From IMG/VR virus record IMGVR_UViG_3300042691_020576: DNA of 64,000 nt, one strand, 5' to 3'. The DNA comes from a virus. Lineage: Duplodnaviria > Heunggongvirae > Uroviricota > Caudoviricetes. The translations under genes and the position numbers were made by a program. Positions 9,804-17,666 of this stretch are shown in pieces (the stretch's first letter is position 1; every line of letters starts with the position of its first letter). A model generated the notes under the pieces. That model ran no database searches, was not told the origin of the DNA, and was given only the letters and a program-made list of their open reading frames with translations.

Positions 9804-9902
9804 TAGTCAGGACAGGATTCGAACCTGTACGTCAAGGTCAATGCATTTTCCAAGACACTTGAGATGAATCATAGCGCGTCTAGCCAGTTCCGCCACCTGA
9901 CT
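9804..9902 (-). tRNA. tRNA-like element, non-canonical (about 99 nt)
   Basis: On the minus strand the 7-bp acceptor stem AGUCAGG/CCUGACU encloses a canonical T-arm ACAGG-UUCGAAU-CCUGU. The D-arm GCG-GAACUGGCUAGA-CGC is also plausible. No canonical anticodon arm could be folded by eye. Between the D-arm and T-arm sits a long extended helix: UCAAG-u-GUC loop GAC-CUUGA. Either a class II/intron-containing or otherwise atypical tRNA, or a tRNA-like terminus of a larger RNA. Confidence 0.4.
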
Positions 9903-11090
9903 GTTTATTTAGCACCCTCTTGTCTTACAGAATCAGCCATCAAATTCATGACGTTGCATTTCATTCTGTAAGAGTAGGGTCACGTAGTTAATTACCTGTA
10001 CTTTGGGATACGACTTTGAACTTATCCGTTTTAACTACTTGCTGAGAACTTCTCACAGTAAACAGAGGCTTATCTCATACATCCTCACCTGTGGGTTATA
10101 TTACTATAACCTTCTAATTAACCGTTGGTAGATTTCAACGTGTATCTTGATAAATTTTTCATCAGATTAAAAAATAACTACTCCACCCATCATTTCTGAC
10201 TAGGGTAAGTAGAAGCACTCATTCGTGTTGTCAGGATAATGCCTAAGTAGTTTTAACCTGCTCTGTTATATTCCTTGCTCAAGGGAACAACACGTGTGGA
10301 TTACTCCGTTAATTTCCAGATTCACCCAAAGTTGCGAACTTTGCTAAGGCTCTTGGACATCAATTAACACCCTGTCAATTCAGGGTAACCTTCTTTGTTT
10401 AAAGTCGTATCAATGTTTAACGACTGACTGTTTAATGTGATTCACAGACAACATAGAAGATAACAACTACTGCCTTCTAAGTAGGGTAGTAAGCGTTGCT
10501 CATGTTGATTCATGATTAAGTTACCTCGGGTAACCGCTTGCCACATCGACTCAAACCACTCACATCTTAGAACTGTGAGATAACTCTCCTTACTCTGACA
10601 TGGTTAAGATTCATCCTGAACTATTTAGGATTTACAGCCGTTGATAACTGCTCAAGAGTATTGTTTGTAGTCAATCAGTAGTTGTTAAAGAACTTAAAAA
10701 AGCGTGGTTGGATTTATTATTAGGCTTTAACCACGTACAATTATTTCTAATTGGTAGCCATTCCACGCTTAAAAATGTAGTTGGTGGTAGGGGGATTCTC
10801 CCTACTTTTTAGGCAAAGACTAAATCATGGCTTGCAAGGTAGTTTTGCTTTTACACAACCCCACCGAGCCACACCAACTACAAAGAACTTAACAGGGCGC
10901 AATAATAGCAGGAATTGTATCCATCATCACTATCATCCTTTCCCTGTTTTTTATCTTAAAGAACTTATCTTATATATCTATGGGCTTTTGTGTGGGCTAT
11001 TCACTTGGTTTGCGTGTTTCCCAGAAACCCCAGTTGAAATTGTATTTATGGGCATCGCCCAACGCAATAAACACATACACCCATAGATAT
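9903..11090. ncRNA. ORF-free, hairpin-dense segment; candidate large structured ncRNA(s)
   Basis: About 1.2 kb with no ORF over 60 aa on the minus strand and only two weak plus ORFs. Many perfect local hairpins: CAAAGTT-gcg-AACTTTG around 10326; ACCCTG-tcaatt-CAGGGT around 10364; TTACC-tcg-GGTAA around 10525; CGTGGTT...AACCACG around 10703; AAGCGTGG...CCACGCTT around 10699-10773. Flanked by the tRNA-like element and the tmRNA. Confidence 0.3.
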
Positions 11091-11294
11091 TTAAGATTCT
11101 ACATAATCCATCATCTCTTTCATTTTCAATATCAACAGTTCCATTTCGTTCCTGTTGAGATAGAGTCTTGGACTTGGAGAATCATTCATTTCTTTTGCTT
11201 CAATAACAAGTCCATTAAATCCTTCTGTAGGATAGATTGAAACATTTTGATCTTCTGTTGCTATTTCAACTTTATGCCAAATTTTGTTTGTCAT
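11091..11294 (-). CDS. hypothetical small protein (67 aa)
   Basis: Minus ORF between the structured region and the tmRNA. Confidence 0.3.
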   Translation of the reverse strand: MTNKIWHKVEIATEDQNVSIYPTEGFNGLVIEAKEMNDSPSPRLYLNRNEMELLILKMKEMMDYVES

Positions 11295-11374
11295 ATCTTT
11301 TGATTAATGATTTAAAATTACCCCACCAGTATAGAAATACAGTGGGGTTTGTTACCAATCTACTAACAACTAAG

Positions 11375-11774
11375 TGGACCCGAAGGGAGTCGAACCCTTG
11401 TCCAAACAAATAGTTTGTACATACAACGTCTCACATGCTTAGTACTGCATTGCTGCTGCACCGTAAACACTCACTTATATCCTAAGAGTGCGGTAAGGAT
11501 TTTGGAGTCACTGGTTTGTGACTGCTCCACCACCTAGTTTTGAGAAAACCAGGAAAACAGTTTGTTCAGTTTATGTTGCCAGGTATGAACTACCCCGTAG
11601 GACTTAGGCAGCTACTGCTTCAGTCTGGAAGATAGAAGCCAGGATAGCTTCACCTTCTGCTACACGCTGAGAACGAGTCTTAGCATTTGTTTTTCGATAC
11701 AGTATTAAGAGACAGTATCATCTCTCTGCATGTGTACATACCCACTCCTTTGCTGTCAAAACCAATACGGGCCC
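11375..11774 (-). ncRNA. ssrA: tmRNA (transfer-messenger RNA, SsrA-like)
   Basis: Minus-strand 5' end GGGCCCG-UAUUGGUUUUGACAGC parallels E. coli GGGGCUG-AUUCUGGAUUCGACGGG. The 3' end has a T-arm AAGGG-UUCGACU-CCCUU followed by CGGGUCC-A. The acceptor pairs GGGCCCG/CGGGUCC with G3:U70, the alanine identity element. Internal tag-like ORF ...EGEAILASIFQTEAVAA followed by UAA. Length 400 nt. Confidence 0.75.
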
Positions 11775-11849
11775 ATATGCTTTTTGACAAAGATAATAAA
11801 AACAGCCCTATATTTCAAGGGCTGTTTTCTTCCTCATCATAACCCAAAT

Positions 11850-12212
11850 CTACATATGTTCTTTTACCAAAGTAGCAAGTTCTCTCACCTTGTCAAATGA
11901 GAAAGTTTGACAACCAACCTTCACCACATTTTCACTAGTGATGATTTTTGCTTCGTAATTATCTGTGAGTTGCATCTGAACCACTTTTGTCTGAACCATC
12001 AGTTTCAGAAATCTTTCAAAAGTGACAGTTTTGTAAGAAGTTGTGCTTCTTGATCCAAAGATTTCAGGAACTGCTAAGTTGAGAACACAAGTTGGATATT
12101 GTTCATATCCTTCTTCTAAGTAAGTGTTACAAAATTTAATTCCTTGAGCTTTTGCCAGTGCGACAATTGTTTCCCACTGATACTTTTCTGTAATTACAAA
12201 TGAGTATTCCAT
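11850..12212 (-). CDS. hypothetical protein, member of the VGCQK paralog family
   Basis: C-terminal NYEAKIITSENVVKVGCQTFSFDKVRELATLV matches the motif shared with 13408.., 14371.., 14757.. and 15155... Confidence 0.55.
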   Translation of the reverse strand: MEYSFVITEKYQWETIVALAKAQGIKFCNTYLEEGYEQYPTCVLNLAVPEIFGSRSTTSYKTVTFERFLKLMVQTKVVQMQLTDNYEAKIITSENVVKVGCQTFSFDKVRELATLVKEHM

Positions 12213-12278
12213 GTTATTTTCTTTTGTTGATGTGAATAGCTCCAGAGGATTGTTATTTCCTCTGGAGCATGAATTGAT

Positions 12279-13070
12279 TTACTTTCTGAAGAATTCCATC
12301 ACTTGACGACCACTGTGTTCTGAAACTCTCATTTCCCAGCCATCATTCACAACCAAGCACTCAAATTCTTTACCATCAGGTGCCCAACCTTGACCAATTA
12401 TAATTGGTTTGTCACCTTGATTACTTGTTGTAACTGTCCAAGACTTATCAAAATTAAATGGCTTTTTTACAATGGCTTCTGGAAACTTCTCCTTGATTTT
12501 TTGTTTCCATTCACTGCATGCTGAATCATAAGCTTCTTGAATGAATTTTTCACTCACTTCAAATGTTTTCATTTCTTCTTTGGGTTTTTGAGGTTTTGTA
12601 ATGTTGAATTCTAAAATTTCTGCTCCTGGAATGTAAGGAATGATGTCGTCTATCATGAAATAGTCTCCATACTTCTTCTCTTCTAAATAAGAAAGCACAT
12701 GGAAATTACGTGCTTTTTCTGTCTCAACATAATACAGAAAAGGTTGGTCTAATTTCTGAGCATCCTTCCAGTTTTCAGATCGCTCAAGTCCTTCATGTCC
12801 ATAAGCTGTTTTGTCAATTGGAGTGTATTTCTCCCCAACTTCCAGATACACTTCTACATCTTGAGGAAGAAAGAAATCTCCACCTGTACCCATTTTTTCT
12901 GTTAAAATGAGCACTTTTTCTCCGTCATGTGTTTTGTCAATACCTTTGAAGTAGAGAAATGGTTGACCTTTTTCTCTTGCTCTACGTAAAACGTTAGATT
13001 CATCAAAAGGATCTCCAACAGACTTACTTTTGGCGATATATTTACCGCCTACAACGAATTTGTTTTGCAT
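12279..13070 (-). CDS. hypothetical protein (263 aa) with internal QPFLY repeat and C-terminal KTFxV..FPEA module
   Basis: Internal duplication QPFLYFKGIDK.../QPFLYYVETEK.... C-terminal MKTFEVSEKFIQEAYDSACSEWKQKIKEKFPEA is paralogous to the N-terminus of 13966..14352. Confidence 0.55.
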   Translation of the reverse strand: MQNKFVVGGKYIAKSKSVGDPFDESNVLRRAREKGQPFLYFKGIDKTHDGEKVLILTEKMGTGGDFFLPQDVEVYLEVGEKYTPIDKTAYGHEGLERSENWKDAQKLDQPFLYYVETEKARNFHVLSYLEEKKYGDYFMIDDIIPYIPGAEILEFNITKPQKPKEEMKTFEVSEKFIQEAYDSACSEWKQKIKEKFPEAIVKKPFNFDKSWTVTTSNQGDKPIIIGQGWAPDGKEFECLVVNDGWEMRVSEHSGRQVMEFFRK

Positions 13071-13094
13071 GATTTGGGTTTTTGAATGAGAAAA

Positions 13095-13406
13095 TTACCA
13101 ATCACCAGATGCACCTGCTCCTCCAGAATCACCACCATCGAATCCTCCAAAGGTATCAGAAGATGAACTGCCATCACCACTGTCTCCACTACTGAAGGTG
13201 TTGAACAGAGATGAAACTGCTACAGCCGTATCAATGATACTACCAATACCACTATCATCATCATCATCTGATCTGCGTTCAGGCATGATAACGAAGTTTC
13301 TTTGTTCTAGAGAGGAAAGTTCTCTATATCCATACACGCTAACTGCTTGGTCTTTAACATATTGTCTACCATTACTTGCAGTGAAAGTTTTAATGCATTG
13401 ATACAT
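13095..13406 (-). CDS. hypothetical protein with Asp/Gly/Ser-rich low-complexity C-terminus
   Basis: DDDDDSGIGS...SGDSGDGSSSSDTFGGFDGGDSGGAGASGDW. Confidence 0.4.
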   Translation of the reverse strand: MYQCIKTFTASNGRQYVKDQAVSVYGYRELSSLEQRNFVIMPERRSDDDDDSGIGSIIDTAVAVSSLFNTFSSGDSGDGSSSSDTFGGFDGGDSGGAGASGDW

Positions 13407-13407
13407 G

Positions 13408-13911
13408 TTATTTGGTTTTTCTGAGTGAAAGCATTTTCTTATACACCTCTTCTACCTTCTTGAAAGGAATCTTCTGACAACCTACCTGAAGTTCATTACC
13501 ACTGTATTTAGCACCATAGGTACCCACTCTAATATCAAAAGTTGGTGGTGGATTCTTCAAGATGAATTTGTTACGATTTATATTCACCCATTTACCATCA
13601 GGCATTTTCAATTTTACAGATTCTGCACCTTCTTCAAATGCAAATACAACAAGTGCAAGTCTGGTGAGTGCTTCAAAATCATGATTTTTTGCTGTAGGCC
13701 AACTACCACCATGATGTCCATAACCATATACTTTTGATGCAAGTTTTTCTGCATCTAATCCCATTGCGGTAAATACAATACGATTGTTTGTTGAACGATT
13801 GAACATGATATAAGCATGTTCTACATATCCTACTCCACCTTTAAAAATGAGCTGATCATTTGCTTTTAACGTCTTACTGTTAAGACTATTGAATGATTCA
13901 TACACTGCCAT
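13408..13911 (-). CDS. hypothetical protein, VGCQK paralog family
   Basis: C-terminal YGAKYSGNELQVGCQKIPFKKVEEVYKKM. Confidence 0.55.
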   Translation of the reverse strand: MAVYESFNSLNSKTLKANDQLIFKGGVGYVEHAYIMFNRSTNNRIVFTAMGLDAEKLASKVYGYGHHGGSWPTAKNHDFEALTRLALVVFAFEEGAESVKLKMPDGKWVNINRNKFILKNPPPTFDIRVGTYGAKYSGNELQVGCQKIPFKKVEEVYKKMLSLRKTK

Positions 13912-13965
13912 AAAATGAAATTTAAAAAGGGCTCGAAGGCCCTTTATTTGTTATTGAATGCTGTG

Positions 13966-14352
13966 TTAAACGTAATGTTTGATGTTTACGAGCTGATAGG
14001 TTTCACCATCCATGTACTTTTCGTGATCGTTAACTTCACTAAGATATTGCTTACCATGAACAGGATATGCTTCAGGAAACTTGGTACACACATCGTTGAT
14101 GAATGCGAAGTTTTCCATAGACCATTCTCTGTTAGCAGTAGGCATTCTCACTGCCAGATAACCATTTTGGATGAAAATGTATTGTTTTGAATGATCGTAT
14201 GGCTCTTTATTCACTGTTTTGTAAATTTTGTCCAAGAAGGTTTCCTTCTTAAACGCCTCTGGAAATTGTTCTTCCAGTTTCTCTCTCCATTCTCTGTTTG
14301 CAACTTTGTATGCTTCTTTAATAAATGCTTCGTCTACTTTAAACGTTTTCAT
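13966..14352 (-). CDS. hypothetical protein with N-terminal KTFxV..FPEA module
   Basis: N-terminal MKTFKVDEAFIKEAYKVANREWREKLEEQFPEAFKKETF is paralogous to the C-terminus of 12279..13070. Confidence 0.55.
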   Translation of the reverse strand: MKTFKVDEAFIKEAYKVANREWREKLEEQFPEAFKKETFLDKIYKTVNKEPYDHSKQYIFIQNGYLAVRMPTANREWSMENFAFINDVCTKFPEAYPVHGKQYLSEVNDHEKYMDGETYQLVNIKHYV

Positions 14353-14370
14353 GATTTGTGGTTTTTGAGA

Positions 14371-14754
14371 TTATTGATTGATGTTTTTTTCTAGTTCGAG
14401 AATCTTTTCAAAAGGAATAGTCATTCCCCCGTTCACAACAACTGTCTTAGTCTCATAATTGATGACAGCTTTGTAACCCTCATTAAGCTGTATTTCCTGT
14501 AAATGAGATTCCAAGAAGAATGCAACAAATTCAGCAATGGTTGAGACAGTTTTATATTTGCCAGTACCATACTTTGTTTGCACAATCTTTGTTCCAGTCC
14601 AATAGATGTATGGATATTCATCATCAGGAAATTCTGTGCCAGCATAAATGCAGACCCCATACTTGCGTAAGAGGTCCACTAATGCTTCCTGTTCAATTGC
14701 GCTTGGATTATTAAATCCAATACTGAATTCAGGCAAGTGCTTTTTCAGCTTCAT
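14371..14754 (-). CDS. hypothetical protein, VGCQK paralog family
   Basis: Motifs PDDEYPYIYWTG and YKAVINYETKTVVVNGGMTIPFEKILELEKNI. Confidence 0.6.
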   Translation of the reverse strand: MKLKKHLPEFSIGFNNPSAIEQEALVDLLRKYGVCIYAGTEFPDDEYPYIYWTGTKIVQTKYGTGKYKTVSTIAEFVAFFLESHLQEIQLNEGYKAVINYETKTVVVNGGMTIPFEKILELEKNINQ

Positions 14755-14756
14755 AA

Positions 14757-15143
14757 TTACGATTTTGTGTTATCTACAATTTTTGCAAGCTCCATGATCT
14801 TTTCAAAAGGAATTTCCTCACTGCCAATGGTAACTATTTCCTTTTTAGGATCAATGTATGCTGTATATTCTTCATTCAATTGCAATGATGGATAGTAGCT
14901 GAAGAACAGCTCCAGAAACTCCTCAACAGTGTCAACAACTTTCTTATCATCAAAATCTGATGTCTGACACAAATGCAAATCTTCACCATCCCAATACAAA
15001 TAGGGATATTCAGGATCAAATTGGGTGGTTTCTTCATAAACTTCAATGCGATTTGCTCTGAAGAAATTAATAACTGCATTTTGTGCAATTGCTGACTTAA
15101 CAGACAATGCGATATTCTCGCTTGGTAGTAAACGCTTTTTCAT
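14757..15143 (-). CDS. hypothetical protein, VGCQK paralog family
   Basis: Motifs DPEYPYLYWDG and YTAYIDPKKEIVTIGSEEIPFEKIMELAKIV. Confidence 0.6.
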   Translation of the reverse strand: MKKRLLPSENIALSVKSAIAQNAVINFFRANRIEVYEETTQFDPEYPYLYWDGEDLHLCQTSDFDDKKVVDTVEEFLELFFSYYPSLQLNEEYTAYIDPKKEIVTIGSEEIPFEKIMELAKIVDNTKS

Positions 15144-15154
15144 GTAGTTTGATT

Positions 15155-15679
15155 TTATGATTTTGTTTTATTGTAATACTCTGTTGTGAGTTTTTTGTGC
15201 AACGAAGACCAATAGTCATGTCCTTCTTCTGTTGCGCACCATGTAAATGCACCATGCAAAGCTTCATGTAAAGTTTTAACACCACTTTTACACTTATTAG
15301 GATCTTTTCTTACATATTTCAATGCACTTTCAACATAGTGATGTGGAAGAAAAGTCATCCATTCTTCATATGTCATTTCTTTTATTAATGGAATCTCTTT
15401 ATTAACTATTCCATCATACAACTCTTTGACTTTTTCAAAAGCAATTTTCTGACAACCCACTTCTACAACTTTTTCATCATAATTGATTTTAGCTGTATAT
15501 TGATCGTTGAGAATCACTGTTTTCTCAGATGTTGTAAACAATGAAATGAATTCTGTAATGGATGTCACTGTACGATCATAATGCAGTTGACCTTTTGTTT
15601 GAACCAAATGTTTTCCATCCCAACATATATAGGGATAATTTTCATCTGGAAATTTTAAATTTACCCCAAACAGGAACAC
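15155..15679 (-). CDS. VGCQK paralog family member, apparently frameshifted (N-terminal part in 15642..15767)
   Basis: PDENYPYICWDG and YTAKINYDEKVVEVGCQKIAFEKVKELY motifs. Immediately upstream, a 41-aa ORF (15642..15767) in another frame encodes MTKLPLLTILLENKNHVEQEAALELLRKKGV. This matches the N-termini of paralogs 14371.. and 14757.. (AIEQEALVDLLRKYGV). The frame switch lies near the homopolymers GCGTAAAAAAGG / TTTGGGGTAAA. Confidence 0.5.
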   Translation of the reverse strand: MFLFGVNLKFPDENYPYICWDGKHLVQTKGQLHYDRTVTSITEFISLFTTSEKTVILNDQYTAKINYDEKVVEVGCQKIAFEKVKELYDGIVNKEIPLIKEMTYEEWMTFLPHHYVESALKYVRKDPNKCKSGVKTLHEALHGAFTWCATEEGHDYWSSLHKKLTTEYYNKTKS

Positions 15680-15868
15680 CTTTTTTACGCAAAAGCTCTA
15701 ACGCTGCTTCTTGCTCTACATGATTTTTGTTTTCTAGCAAGATGGTAAGTAGTGGTAACTTTGTCATGATTATAAAAGTTTATTTTTTGATTAAAAATGG
15801 TGTGTGAGTGCTTTCATAATTACTCCCAATTATCTGCGCCAACGTTGGGCACACCATTTAGTGGATTG

Positions 15869-16309
15869 CTACATCCCCTGTTTTGACAGTTTTTTGATAT
15901 GTTTCTTAATCCAACGTTCTCTTGGCCACCACCAACCTAGTGGATACCAATAATTGGGCTTGCAAAGCAAATCTTTGTACACATCATAGAAGAAATTCTT
16001 TGGTGCATGATCGTCAATATAACAAAGCAATGCGTCTTCTTCTTCAGCTGTGATGATTTTTGCATAATAAAGTCGAATGATTAATCCACATAAGCCAGTT
16101 CCAAAGAACTTTTTATTTTGAAGTATTACTTCTAGTAGATCGCTTAACTTTCTCATTTTCAAGTAGTTGAATGTGTTTTTTAATCCAGTTGATTCGTGGC
16201 TTGATTGATCCTCTTTTCCAAAAATATATCTCATCCACAAACTTTTTGGGCTCATGTCTATCAATATATCTATGCACTTTCCATTTCTCATCCAAAGTGA
16301 AATAATCAT
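15869..16309 (-). CDS. GLCxW/WIKKHI tandem paralog 5
   Basis: C-terminal MRKLSDLLEVILQNKKFFGTGLC...RERWIKKHIKKL. The likely true start is the internal Met near 16156, because the ORF-track start overlaps the neighbouring paralog. Confidence 0.5.
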   Translation of the reverse strand: MIISLWMRNGKCIDILIDMSPKSLWMRYIFGKEDQSSHESTGLKNTFNYLKMRKLSDLLEVILQNKKFFGTGLCGLIIRLYYAKIITAEEEDALLCYIDDHAPKNFFYDVYKDLLCKPNYWYPLGWWWPRERWIKKHIKKLSKQGM

Positions 16310-16433
16310 GGTAGTACATTTCTGTCACCCACATACATAAACCAGTGGAAAATAAATCCTTTCGTTCAAGCAGCATTTTCAACAGCTCACGAACAGGTAG
16401 ATTTCTTTTACTATCAAGATAAACTTTTTCCAT
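16113..16433 (-). CDS. GLCxW/WIKKHI tandem paralog 4
   Basis: LPVRELLKMLLERKDLFSTGLCMWV...PRINWIKKHIQLL. The ORF track extends it to 16511; the internal Met at 16433 abuts the upstream paralog's stop. Confidence 0.5.
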   Translation of the reverse strand: MEKVYLDSKRNLPVRELLKMLLERKDLFSTGLCMWVTEMYYHDYFTLDEKWKVHRYIDRHEPKKFVDEIYFWKRGSIKPRINWIKKHIQLLENEKVKRSTRSNTSK

Positions 16434-16435
16434 GG

Positions 16436-16819
16436 CTATTTCTTTTTGGTGAGGAGATTGATGTGCCTTTTGATCCAACGTCTTCTTGGAGCTATTTCTC
16501 CATATTCCCAATAAAACCCATCACTATCACCAGGCCAATACCATATTCTATCAAAACTCCATTTGCTTGGTGGATTGTCAAGAATGAATTTGCTCAAAAG
16601 CTGGTGTTCCTCAAACGTGATTGTTTTATAGACAAGCAATGTTTGCGCCCATGTACACAACCCAAGATAGAACCTATGCTCGTTTTCGAGCATAAGTTCT
16701 AAGAGTTCAACGATATTTCTCATGTTCAAGCTTTTTAATGTGACGTAATAACCATTGGATTCTTGGTTCTGGATCTCCTTTTTTCCAATAGAATGGTGCT
16801 GATATTCCGAAAAAGGCAT
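16436..16819 (-). CDS. GLCxW/WIKKHI tandem paralog 3
   Basis: MRNIVELLELMLENEHRFYLGLCTWA...PRRRWIKRHINLL. The internal Met at 16723 is a possible alternative start. Confidence 0.5.
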   Translation of the reverse strand: MPFSEYQHHSIGKKEIQNQESNGYYVTLKSLNMRNIVELLELMLENEHRFYLGLCTWAQTLLVYKTITFEEHQLLSKFILDNPPSKWSFDRIWYWPGDSDGFYWEYGEIAPRRRWIKRHINLLTKKK

Positions 16820-16994
16820 TCCATGAAGAGAACGTTGACGGTTTGTTATCCTTGATGTATGTCTTCAAGAGGAAATACTCTTGTGAATCAATCAGATCAC
16901 ATCCATACAAATCAAGAGCCCAGTGGCACAATCCATCTCTAAAGAGGTGACGATTCTGATTCATCACCTCTAATAGCTCTAATACTGTTCTCAT
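16707..16994 (-). CDS. GLCxW/WIKKHI tandem paralog 2
   Basis: MRTVLELLEVMNQNRHLFRDGLCHWA...PRIQWLLRHIKKL. Confidence 0.55.
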   Translation of the reverse strand: MRTVLELLEVMNQNRHLFRDGLCHWALDLYGCDLIDSQEYFLLKTYIKDNKPSTFSSWNAFFGISAPFYWKKGDPEPRIQWLLRHIKKLEHEKYR

Positions 16995-16998
16995 GTCA

Positions 16999-17364
16999 TC
17001 AATCTTTTAGGAGTGATTTAATATGTTTCTTGAGCCAACGCTTTCTTGGGCCCAGTTCAAATGTTTTCCAGTAGTAAACACTGTCTGGTCCATTCTGATA
17101 AAACAGAGCATCATAAGTCCATCTCTCTGTAGGTCTATTTCTGCCAATGTAATCTCGTACATCAAATTCTTCTCTAGCTGTAAAATAACCAGCAGTTTCC
17201 ATACTTGCTGCCCACATGCACAAGCCTACATTAAATAGTTCTTCATGGTCTAACATTCTCTGTAACAGAGCAGCCATACGTTTTCTTTCAGCTTTCATGA
17301 TTGTCTTGTTTTTTGGTGAGGAATTCAAATGCAATTCCACCGAAGATGTAAATTGCAAATGCAA
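16999..17364 (-). CDS. GLCxW/WIKKHI tandem paralog 1
   Basis: AALLQRMLDHEELFNVGLCMWA...PRKRWLKKHIKSL. The internal Met at about 17295 is a possible true start. Confidence 0.5.
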   Translation of the reverse strand: MHLQFTSSVELHLNSSPKNKTIMKAERKRMAALLQRMLDHEELFNVGLCMWAASMETAGYFTAREEFDVRDYIGRNRPTERWTYDALFYQNGPDSVYYWKTFELGPRKRWLKKHIKSLLKD

Positions 17365-17605
17365 GAGAGAGACTTACAACCAAACCTGCTTGACCTGTTT
17401 TCTCCAGTTGGAAATAACTGAAATAGTTATCATATATCACTGGTGAGGTGAACATAATAACAAATGCGATTAGTAAGGAAATTGCTCCAATGATTTTGTT
17501 TTTCACGTTGTTAGTTTTTAGAGATGTAAAAAAGTGATGGCATTCCATTAGGATAGACGACAACAGCAGCATCAAAAGTTGGATTGAGTGCTGATGGGTA
17601 CACAT
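17288..17605 (-). CDS. predicted membrane protein (105 aa)
   Basis: Hydrophobic segments LLMLLLSSILM and IIGAISLLIAFVIMF and LVVSLSLAFAIYIFGGIAF. Confidence 0.45.
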   Translation of the reverse strand: MCTHQHSIQLLMLLLSSILMECHHFFTSLKTNNVKNKIIGAISLLIAFVIMFTSPVIYDNYFSYFQLEKTGQAGLVVSLSLAFAIYIFGGIAFEFLTKKQDNHES

Positions 17606-17666
17606 CTGTTACTCTGAACGTAGTGTACATGGTGATAAATTCGTACATGTTAGTAGACGTTTTAGA

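Noticed and set aside
9804-9902. Calling the element a standard tRNA with a defined anticodon
   Set aside because: The acceptor, D- and T-arms are fine but no 5-bp anticodon stem with a 7-nt loop could be folded. No isotype is assigned.
10781-11240. Plus-strand ORFs 10781..11086 and 10980..11240 in the ORF-free region
   Set aside because: Pro/His/Gly-rich, no start context, and they overlap each other. The DNA here is hairpin-dense and better explained as structured RNA or regulatory sequence.
11375-11774. Idea that the window is bacterial chromosome with a prophage inserted at ssrA
   Set aside because: No integrase or att-like duplication next to the tmRNA 3' end. Both flanks carry the same style of small overlapping phage genes. 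The tmRNA is therefore taken as phage-encoded. This remains an alternative to test.
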